Positions 1-6,184 of a DNA stretch of 45,467 bases are shown here, one piece after another. A program made the position numbers and the translations under genes. The stretch's first letter is position 1, and every line of letters starts with the position of its first letter. The notes under the pieces were generated by a model that was not told where the DNA came from, did no database searches, and worked only from the letters and a program-made list of their open reading frames with translations. Source of the DNA: a virus; IMG/VR virus record IMGVR_UViG_3300045988_055950, one strand, 5' to 3'.

Positions 1-99
1 TGATGGTCTGCATTGGTTTCCATTAGAAACCTGTTAGTAACAAAGTACCTTGAAAGGTGCATAAAATAAGGGTTCGGAATTATGCAAGCGATAATTCAA
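1..99. repeat. 99-nt direct terminal repeat, left copy (identical to 45369..45467)
   Basis: Read directly: tgatggtctgcattggtttcc...gcgataattcaa is present at both window ends. The copy at 45369 begins with the TGA stop of the endolysin gene. Confidence 0.95.
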
Positions 100-215
100 G
101 AACAAAAATTAATCCCACAGATTCAAGGTTTTCCTTGGATTTGTGGGATTTTTCTTTTTGTCCGTTTTTATGAATTTTTGTCTGTTAGTAACAAGTTAGA
201 AACAAATTAGTAACA
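23..215. promoter_or_regulatory. Non-coding region with TTAG(T/A)AAC repeats; candidate attP / recombinase arm-site region
   Basis: CTGTTAGTAACAA at 31..43 and 182..194; TTAGTAACA at 207..215; TTAGAAAC at 23..30 and 196..203. The region is ORF-free and lies next to the integrase end of the genome. Confidence 0.35.
111..160 (+). terminator. Rho-independent terminator downstream of the endolysin (in the circular or prophage map)
   Basis: AATCCCACAGATTCAAGG / CCTTGGATTTGTGGGATT form a long inverted repeat with a TTTT loop, followed by TTTTCTTTTTG. Confidence 0.75.
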
Positions 216-220
216 CTGAA

Positions 221-565
221 TCAGGTGTCTTGTGCAAGACTTTTGTTGTCTTGTGCAAGACATTTTCTGATTTCAAGTTTTGTCCTGCAATGAACTGTTC
301 TTCCATCCTTGAAGATGACATCATATCCATCATGTGTGTTCCCTTTGATTGTCAGAATCTTTTCCCTGGACTTTTCTGCAAGCTGCATGTTATCAAACAG
401 ACCTTCCTGGTCTTTATTCACCAGGAACAGGAAATATTTATTCATGGACATTCCTTTGTCTGCTGCAAGGGTCTTAATGATGTCCTTCATGCCCTTTGGA
501 ACTGAAAAATTGATTCTTTCATAGTGGTCTGCATTGAATTGGTTCTTATATGCTATTCTATCCAT
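221..565 (-). CDS. Ribbon-helix-helix (Arc/CopG-like) DNA-binding protein, lysogeny module
   Basis: 114-aa ORF. The N-terminal segment HYERINFSVPKGMKDIIKTLAADKGMSMNKYFLFLV fits a beta-strand plus two-helix RHH pattern. It sits beside the integrase. Confidence 0.5.
   Translation of the reverse strand: MDRIAYKNQFNADHYERINFSVPKGMKDIIKTLAADKGMSMNKYFLFLVNKDQEGLFDNMQLAEKSREKILTIKGNTHDGYDVIFKDGRTVHCRTKLEIRKCLAQDNKSLAQDT
227..261. repeat. Two tandem copies of the 14-bp perfect palindrome GTCTTGTGCAAGAC (21-bp period)
   Basis: Copies at 227..240 and 248..261, inside the 3' end of the RHH ORF, where they encode the repeated LAQD. Confidence 0.85.
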
Positions 566-580
566 TCAGGTCACCTTCTT

Positions 581-1627
581 TCATATCAGGTTGATTGCTT
601 CCAGTTTATATGGAAGGTCAACATGAGTATAAACAATTTGGGTGACACCCTGTCCTTTGTGACCAACTATCTTCTTGATGATTCTTTCATCAACCTTTGC
701 TTCTGTCAGCAATGACACACATGTGTGTCTTGTGTCATGTGGGCGGTGCTTCATGTTCATCTGTTGCATCAGCGGTGTCCAGTATGAATCATAATAATTT
801 CTATACAGAAAAGGTTCTTCATCAGGTGTGCAAATCAAGTGGTCACATTTTCTCTGCATCCAGTATTCAAAGAATGGAACAATCTTTTCTGCAATTGGAA
901 CTTCCCTGATTCCTGCATCTGTTTTTGATTCTTTCACATAGAACCATCTTTCATCCAGGTGGATGTCTTTCTTTTCAAGGTCAAGCAATTCACCGATTCT
1001 GACACCAGTATAAATGAGCATCAGCACAACAGACAAATATTGATTGGATTCATGTGCATCCCATAAAGTTTTGATTTCCTTCTTGCTGAATGGTTTTCTG
1101 TCAAATGAATTTGGGTTTCCTGGCTTGCTGATGTCCACATATTTGACTATATCCCTTTTATCAGGTGGAACAATTTCATGAATAACAGCATAGTCATACA
1201 TAAGTGACCACAGGTTTTTCAGGGTTTTCAATGTCGGTGTGTTCTTGCCTGATGCATCAACAACCTGTTGCAGGTGGTCAAGTTTGATTTCCACAAACTT
1301 CATGTCTTTGATAGGTTCACAGGTCTTGAATGCTGCTTTGTAACCATTGGAATTTTTAATTGTTGCATAGTGGATTTCAGACCACTTTTCATAAACTTCT
1401 GCAAATGTGATTGTGTCCAGGTGCAGGTCATAGGGGTCTTCATTGAATGCTGCAAGTGCTTGAAGTGCTTCTGCCCTGGTTGAATAATATCCCACAAACT
1501 GATAAATGGGATATGACCTTTTCTTTTCAGGAATCTGTTTCCATCCAACAGTCTTCCTGGCTGCCCATGGATTTCTTCTTTTCCCTGACAGCTTGTAAAC
1601 TGAACCATATGAATTTGGTAATTTCAT
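581..1627 (-). CDS. int: Tyrosine recombinase (phage integrase)
   Basis: C-terminal catalytic pattern HRPHDTRHTCVSLL ... VGHKGQGVTQIVYTHV (R..HxxR..H..Y). The N-terminus YGSVYKLSGKRRNPWAARK is arm-binding-like. The ORF track starts at 1636, but the ATG at 1627 has better spacing from GAAAGGA. Confidence 0.9.
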   Translation of the reverse strand: MKLPNSYGSVYKLSGKRRNPWAARKTVGWKQIPEKKRSYPIYQFVGYYSTRAEALQALAAFNEDPYDLHLDTITFAEVYEKWSEIHYATIKNSNGYKAAFKTCEPIKDMKFVEIKLDHLQQVVDASGKNTPTLKTLKNLWSLMYDYAVIHEIVPPDKRDIVKYVDISKPGNPNSFDRKPFSKKEIKTLWDAHESNQYLSVVLMLIYTGVRIGELLDLEKKDIHLDERWFYVKESKTDAGIREVPIAEKIVPFFEYWMQRKCDHLICTPDEEPFLYRNYYDSYWTPLMQQMNMKHRPHDTRHTCVSLLTEAKVDERIIKKIVGHKGQGVTQIVYTHVDLPYKLEAINLI

Positions 1628-1722
1628 GACCATCATCCTTTCTTTTTGAAGGGTGAAATGGTATAATTATATTGGTGTTTTTGGTGACCATTTCATCCAT
1701 CTGATTTGGTTTTCATCCTTTT

Positions 1723-1762
1723 CCCCTGGCTGTTGGTAGCAGTCAGGGGAATTTTTTATTTT
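1723..1762 (+). terminator. Hairpin plus T-run, plus-strand orientation, between two minus-strand genes
   Basis: CCCCTGGCTG (1723..1732) pairs with CAGTCAGGGG (1740..1749), followed by AATTTTTTATTTT. There is no U-run in the minus-strand sense. Confidence 0.4.
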
Positions 1763-2132
1763 ACAGTGAAATATGACTTGGTGCAGCAGTCTGACCAAAC
1801 TGCATTTTGATAAACTGACCATATTCTTTTGCAGTTCCCCAAAATGCAAGCATTCCTTTGTCATACATAATGACCAGGAAATACTTTTTGATTCCATTCC
1901 TTCCAGTGGATGCAGCATTTCCATGATACTTCTGCATGAATTGTGATTCTTCCAAAGCACTGATTGACTGAATTCTGTTCACTGGTAGTGTGACAGTGGT
2001 TTCAGGCTTTATCCTGGTAATTGTCAGCATTTCTGCATCCAGTTCCAGTCTGCATGGATAATCAGTGGCAAAACCTTCAATCCCTTCATAATGCATGACC
2101 TGGATTCCAGGTTGCTTTTTCTTTCCAAACAT
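1761..2132 (-). CDS. Hypothetical protein of the lysogeny module (moron or superinfection-exclusion candidate)
   Basis: ORF between integrase and repressor with RBS GAAAGGAAGGTG and ATG at 2132. I recognise no motif in it. Confidence 0.55.
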   Translation of the reverse strand: MFGKKKQPGIQVMHYEGIEGFATDYPCRLELDAEMLTITRIKPETTVTLPVNRIQSISALEESQFMQKYHGNAASTGRNGIKKYFLVIMYDKGMLAFWGTAKEYGQFIKMQFGQTAAPSHISL

Positions 2133-2415
2133 CTTGAACACCTTCCTTTCATCTTGAACCTGTCAAAACCCTTGATTTTACTGGACTTTTGACAATTCTG
2201 ACCTTCTGAAAGTTCAAGATGTGGGGTCTTTTATATATTATAATTATTTTTTAGGGAATCATTAAATTTCAATGATTTTATATTCTTTGATTATAAATAA
2301 GTTCACCACATCTTGAACATCTTGAACATCTTGACCTGATAAGTGAAAAACCCTTGTAATATCAAGGATTTGAGCGGTTCAAGATGTCCTGAAAACATCT
2401 TGAATCATCTTGAAC
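2130..2415. promoter_or_regulatory. Iteron module A: 9 copies of CATCTTGAAC/GTTCAAGATG plus an AT-rich core; inverted homologue of 20160..20405
   Basis: Copies at 2130, 2150, 2212(rc), 2309, 2318, 2327, 2377(rc), 2396 and 2406. Box AAACCCTTGATTTTACTG at 2166..2183. Minus-strand core promoter: TTAATG (2260..2265 rc), 17 nt, TATAAT (2237..2242 rc). Confidence 0.7.
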
Positions 2416-2456
2416 CTATGTGGAACTTTTATTGAAATTGACATATAAAACATTGT

Positions 2457-2867
2457 CTATGCATTTTTCAACATAGAAGAATCTTTTTGAATGTACTTTG
2501 GAAGTTCAGTCATATCAGACATATCTTCCAGGACTTTCTGTTGTCCTGATTGATTCATTTTACAGAACATCTGCAAGACCTTCACTGCTTCCTTTCCAAA
2601 ATTCTTCTGAACCAGTTCCAGGGTCTTTGTTTCTTCTGCTGCTTTGGCAGAATCAAAGCGGTCATCAAAGCACATCAATTCACAAGGGGAAACACCAAAC
2701 TTTCTTGCAAGCTGTTGAATGTGGGTTCGTTTGATGTTTTCAACCTTGTCTGTTTCCCACTTTTGGACTGCTGCCCTGTTGACAGGTGGATTCAGGGATT
2801 TTCCAAGTTCTTCTTGTGAAAGACCTGCATTTTCCCTTAAATACTTTATATATTGACCCATTGTCAT
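2457..2867 (-). CDS. XRE/CI-like HTH repressor
   Basis: N-terminal GQYIKYLRENAGLSQEELGKSLNPPVNRAAVQKWETDK is a classic XRE HTH. It is divergent from the early operon. The ORF track start is 2876 (GTG); the ATG at 2867 is more likely. Confidence 0.8.
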   Translation of the reverse strand: MTMGQYIKYLRENAGLSQEELGKSLNPPVNRAAVQKWETDKVENIKRTHIQQLARKFGVSPCELMCFDDRFDSAKAAEETKTLELVQKNFGKEAVKVLQMFCKMNQSGQQKVLEDMSDMTELPKYIQKDSSMLKNA

Positions 2868-2904
2868 AGTGGTCACATCCTTTCTTATATTTATTTGTAT
2901 CTTG

Positions 2905-2933
2905 ATAATAGCATATTTGCGTTATTTTTTCAA
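2905..2933 (-). promoter_or_regulatory. Sigma70-type promoter for the repressor gene
   Basis: Minus strand reads TTGAAA (2928..2933 rc), 17 nt, TATTAT (2905..2910 rc). A GTATCTT half-site lies at 2897..2903, just downstream. Confidence 0.55.
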
Positions 2934-2973
2934 TTTTTCTTGAAAAAATATCTTAAAAATTTGAAAAAAGGTA

Positions 2974-3002
2974 TTGACAACTGACAAGATACACATTATA
3001 CT
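2974..3002 (+). promoter_or_regulatory. Early rightward promoter (PR-like)
   Basis: TTGACA (2974..2979), exactly 17 nt, TATACT (2997..3002). An AAGATAC half-site at 2986..2992 lies in the spacer. Confidence 0.7.
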
Positions 3003-3338
3003 TGGCTTGTATCTTAAAGAGATACAAAAACAGAAGATTGAAGCAACCAGGAAAGTTCAGGTGCAGTGATAGGGCGGTTCACAAGTGACATGGTGGTCAG
3101 GCTGCTGAATGGCAGACAGAGTGAATGCAGAATAAACAAGACCTGACAAAACAGTTGAAGAAACCAGGAACAATAAGTCAATGAAGCAAAGTGTTCTGCA
3201 CTATTTGAAGAAAGCAGGCAGGATGAACCAAACATCACTTCAAACTTAAACCAAGAAGTTGTTAAGGGGAAGAATCAACAAGGGAGAGGACACAGCACTT
3301 CAATCTTCTATTTGAAACAGAAAGGAAGGGAAACCCTG
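3003..3338 (+). other. ORF-free purine-rich ~335-nt leader of the early operon
   Basis: No plus-strand ORF longer than 22 codons and none with an RBS. The 16-nt motif TTGAAG(C/A)AA(C/G)CAGG(A/C)A occurs at 3038, 3155 and 3205. Confidence 0.5.
3007..3027. promoter_or_regulatory. Operator-like palindrome TTGTATCT-N5-AGATACAA
   Basis: Perfect 8-bp arms at 3007..3014 and 3020..3027, just downstream of the PR-like -10. Confidence 0.55.
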
Positions 3339-4652
3339 ATGGAAGTATTGAAAGATAAAGATTGCACCATAAACACACCAGTTGTTCTTGGTGTTCAGGA
3401 TTCACCCATATATGGAAAAGGAATTTCAATCAAACCAAGGGTTGATGGAAGAAAGGATTCAAAGCATTTTGAAAGCATTTATCTTCCTGAACTTCTTCCC
3501 TTGGAAGAATATGACCTGATTGTTGTTTTGATTTCAGGTGGTAAAGATTCCATTGCATGTTTTTATAAACTGCTTGAACTTGGTGTTCCAAAAGAAAAAA
3601 TTGAATTATGGCATCATGACATTGATGGTGGACATCCTTCAAGAAGAATGGACTGGAAATGCACACAGAATTATATGAAAGCACTTGCAGATGCAGAAGG
3701 TGTCAAATTAAGGGTTTCATATCGTGTCAATGGTTTCTTTGGGGAATTATACAGAATAGGTGCATCAGAACCTATTGAATGGATTGACCCTGACACTGAT
3801 GAAGTTAAGCAATGCAAATTGTCATCCAACTATTTGAAATGTCAGGAAATCAAAGAACAATGTCTTGAAGAAATGGAAGACCTGTTGAAAGAATATGGAT
3901 GTAGGATGAAGTTTCCTGCAAAATCACCTGACCTGTCAAGAAGGTGGTGTTCAGCATATCTGAAAGTTATGGTTGCAGATTCAGTTGTTTCCAACTTGGA
4001 CAGGCTTGAAGAACTTGGTGGAAAAAGACACAAGTTTCCTGCAAAGGGTGGAACACACCAAGGAAGGTGGTGCAGTGGAAACCTGAAAGCAGCAGTTCAG
4101 GACAGTGTGACTGCAAACCTGGAAGAAACCAAACAAGATAAAAAGATTTTGATTGTTTCAGGTGAAAGAAGGGGTGAATCAGCAGGGCGGTCAAAATACA
4201 ATGAAATAGAGATTCACAGAACAAATGCTGAAAAAAGGAATCACAGAATTGTTCATCAGTGGCGGTGTTGCATTGACTACACAGAAAAAGATGTTTGGGA
4301 AGTTCTGAAAAGGCATCATGTGAATCCACATCCTTGTTATAGATTGGGATGGAACAGATGCAGTTGTGCAGCTTGTATTTTTTCAACACCAGGACTGATG
4401 AAGGGATTCAGTGAAATATATCCTGATGAATACAAAGAATTAAGGGATGATGAAGAAAGACTTGGATTCACCCTGGATAATAAAAAGAATCTTGATGATT
4501 TCATTTGTGGTGCAAAATCGTGTTTGTGCCTTGATGATAAACAAGCGGTGCATTCAATCAAAACTGGTGAATTCACAGTTGATGACATCTTTGTGGACGA
4601 TTGGAAATATCCAGTTGGTGCATTCCATGGTTCAGATGGTGGTTCATGTTAA
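3339..4652 (+). CDS. PP-loop ATPase, PAPS-reductase/DndC-like family protein
   Basis: PP-loop motif VVLISGGKDS. Two FPAK..RWCS..LK segments. C-terminal Cys cluster NRCSCAACIF. RBS AAAGGAAGGGA lies 7 nt before the ATG at 3339. Confidence 0.75.
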   Translation: MEVLKDKDCTINTPVVLGVQDSPIYGKGISIKPRVDGRKDSKHFESIYLPELLPLEEYDLIVVLISGGKDSIACFYKLLELGVPKEKIELWHHDIDGGHPSRRMDWKCTQNYMKALADAEGVKLRVSYRVNGFFGELYRIGASEPIEWIDPDTDEVKQCKLSSNYLKCQEIKEQCLEEMEDLLKEYGCRMKFPAKSPDLSRRWCSAYLKVMVADSVVSNLDRLEELGGKRHKFPAKGGTHQGRWCSGNLKAAVQDSVTANLEETKQDKKILIVSGERRGESAGRSKYNEIEIHRTNAEKRNHRIVHQWRCCIDYTEKDVWEVLKRHHVNPHPCYRLGWNRCSCAACIFSTPGLMKGFSEIYPDEYKELRDDEERLGFTLDNKKNLDDFICGAKSCLCLDDKQAVHSIKTGEFTVDDIFVDDWKYPVGAFHGSDGGSC

Positions 4653-4668
4653 GAAAGGCGGTGAAGTG

Positions 4669-4878
4669 ATGAATAAAAATAAGTTTGTCAGTGTGATGAA
4701 GTTACATGGTGACACACAGGAAAGCCTGGCAGAAGCAATTGGTCTTTCTGTTCAGCGAATGAATGCAAAAATCAATTCCACAGGTGGTGCAGAATTTACC
4801 ATGTCTGAAATCAGGGCAATCAAAATCAGATATAGTCTGAAAAGTGAAGAAATTGATGACATATTTTTTTGCGATTGA
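4669..4878 (+). CDS. Small HTH (Cro/XRE-like) regulator
   Basis: 69 aa. GDTQESLAEAIGLSVQRMNAKIN fits a helix-turn-helix. RBS AAAGGCGGTGAAG. Confidence 0.6.
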   Translation: MNKNKFVSVMKLHGDTQESLAEAIGLSVQRMNAKINSTGGAEFTMSEIRAIKIRYSLKSEEIDDIFFCD

Positions 4879-4879
4879 T

Positions 4880-4896
4880 GTATCTTGATAAGATAC
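4880..4896. promoter_or_regulatory. Perfect palindrome GTATCTT-GAT-AAGATAC
   Basis: Read directly. It is intergenic, immediately upstream of the RBS of the 4915 gene. Confidence 0.6.
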
Positions 4897-4914
4897 AAGA
4901 AAGGTGGTGAAGTG

Positions 4915-5118
4915 ATGACAGACTGGTCAAATAGACCTGAAAACAGACTTTCAGTTGCAGAAGCTGCATATCTGCTGAATGCATCTGAACAGTTTATCAG
5001 AATCGGATTGCAGCAGGGAACATTGAAGTTTGGCATGGCGGTCAAGATGTCAGGTCAATGGACATATGTGATAACAAAACAGAAGTTTGAAGAAGTCACA
5101 GGAATCAAAGTTTTATAA
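4915..5118 (+). CDS. Small excisionase-like/MerR-like HTH DNA-binding protein
   Basis: 67 aa. LSVAEAAYLLNASEQFIRIGLQQGTL resembles excisionase-family HTH. RBS AAAGGTGGTGAAG. Confidence 0.55.
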   Translation: MTDWSNRPENRLSVAEAAYLLNASEQFIRIGLQQGTLKFGMAVKMSGQWTYVITKQKFEEVTGIKVL

Positions 5119-5150
5119 CCAAAAACACATGAAAGGATGGACAAAAACAC

Positions 5151-6173
5151 ATGAAAGGATTCAAAGTATTCAATTCAGACTGGACTTGCAGAGGTTTTCA
5201 GTTTGAAGTAGGAAAAACATTCACAGAAGATGTCACACCAGTATGTTGTGACAGGGGATTTCATTTCTGCACAAAAGCAGCAGATTGTTTCAGGTATTAT
5301 TCATTTGACCCTGACAACAAGGTTGCAGAAGTGGAAGCACTTGGTGACATTGACACCAACAATGATGACAGCAAGTGCAGCACCAACAAAATTCATATTA
5401 TCAGGGAAATCACCTGGCAGGAAGTGCTTGACCTGGTGAACCTTGGAAAAGCCTGCACTGGTCTTTGCAACAGCGGTGATTGCAACAGCGGTGATTGCAA
5501 CAGCGGTAATCGCAACAGCGGTCTTTGCAACAGCGGTGATTGCAACAGCGGTAATCGCAACAGCGGTAATCGCAACAGCGGTGATTGGAACAGCGGTGAT
5601 TGGAACAGCGGTGATTGGAACAGCGGTGATTGGAACAGCGGTAATCGCAACAGCGGTAATCGCAACAGCGGTAATCGCAACAGCGGTAATCGCAACAGCG
5701 GTAATCGCAACAGCGGTGATTGGAACAGCGGTGATTGGAACAGCGGTGATTGGAACAGCGGTAATCGCAACAGCGGTAATCGCAACAGCGGTGATTGCAA
5801 CAGCGGTGATTGGAACAAGACTTGCTTTTCAAATGGTTGTTTCAATACAGAATCACCAAAGATTTTCCTGTTCAACAAACCTTCTGATTGGACATATCAG
5901 GATTGGTTGAATTCAGATGCAAGATATATTCTGATGAATTGTCCTTCAAATGTTATTGCATGGGTATGGGATGATGACATGACAGATGAAGAAAAAGAAC
6001 AGCATCCTGAATATTCAGTGACAGGTGGATTCTTGAAGCACATTGAAAAAGAAACAGGAAGACAGATGTGGTGGGATGGTCTTTCAGATAGAAAGAAAGA
6101 CATTGTGATGCAGCTTCCAAACTTTGACAAGGACATCTTCAAGGAAATCACAGGAATCACTGTTGAAGGATAG
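5151..6173 (+). CDS. Phage protein with 24 tandem NSG[DNL][CRW] pentapeptide-like repeats
   Basis: N-terminal globular domain (FKVFNSDWTCRGFQFEVGKTF...GFHFC), then 24 units of five residues, then a C-terminal domain. Early-operon position. Confidence 0.8.
   Translation: MKGFKVFNSDWTCRGFQFEVGKTFTEDVTPVCCDRGFHFCTKAADCFRYYSFDPDNKVAEVEALGDIDTNNDDSKCSTNKIHIIREITWQEVLDLVNLGKACTGLCNSGDCNSGDCNSGNRNSGLCNSGDCNSGNRNSGNRNSGDWNSGDWNSGDWNSGDWNSGNRNSGNRNSGNRNSGNRNSGNRNSGDWNSGDWNSGDWNSGNRNSGNRNSGDCNSGDWNKTCFSNGCFNTESPKIFLFNKPSDWTYQDWLNSDARYILMNCPSNVIAWVWDDDMTDEEKEQHPEYSVTGGFLKHIEKETGRQMWWDGLSDRKKDIVMQLPNFDKDIFKEITGITVEG
5460..5819 (+). repeat. 24 x 15-nt tandem array (GGT-NNNNNN-AACAGC) with four unit types
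   Basis: Unit order: LC DC DC NR LC DC NR NR DWx4 NRx5 DWx3 NRx2 DC DW. Units of one type are identical at the nucleotide level. Confidence 0.95.
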
Positions 6174-6184
6174 GCGGTGATGTC

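Noticed and set aside
60-99. GGGTTCGGAATT in the terminal repeat, considered as a tRNA T-arm remnant that would indicate integration into a tRNA gene.
   Set aside because: No acceptor-stem complement or CCA-proximal sequence follows, and the similarity to GGTTCGAATCC is partial. The evidence is insufficient.
227-261. The twin GTCTTGTGCAAGAC palindromes followed by T-runs, considered as transcription terminators.
   Set aside because: A 6-bp stem with a 2-nt loop is sterically implausible as an RNA hairpin. The 21-bp phasing fits protein binding better.
2309-2335. The mini-ORF MFKMFKMW encoded by the tandem GTTCAAGAT copies on the minus strand, and the MFKMF start of gene 1761..2141.
   Set aside because: The peptide-like reading is a by-product of the iteron sequence, because GTTCAAGATG contains ATG. 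The gene start is better placed at the ATG at 2132, after the RBS.
3014-3238. A 74-aa minus-strand ORF in the early leader, considered as a possible cro-like or antisense gene.
   Set aside because: It has no RBS. The sequence is low-complexity, Leu/Ser/Cys-rich and non-protein-like. It lies antisense to a region downstream of a strong plus-strand promoter.
5460-5819. The tandem array considered as a CRISPR array or as a second DGR variable region. It shares GCGGTGATTGG with the VR.
   Set aside because: The units are contiguous 15-mers with no spacers, so it is not CRISPR. Differences among units are not adenine-specific, and there is no cognate template elsewhere. The 11-nt match to the VR is best explained by the shared S/G-D-W coding.
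5393-5910. Alternative-frame and antisense ORFs across the 15-nt tandem array (161 aa, 140 aa, 155 aa).
   Set aside because: They are artefacts of a stop-free repeat read in other frames. Only the 5151..6173 frame has an RBS and flanking non-repeat domains.
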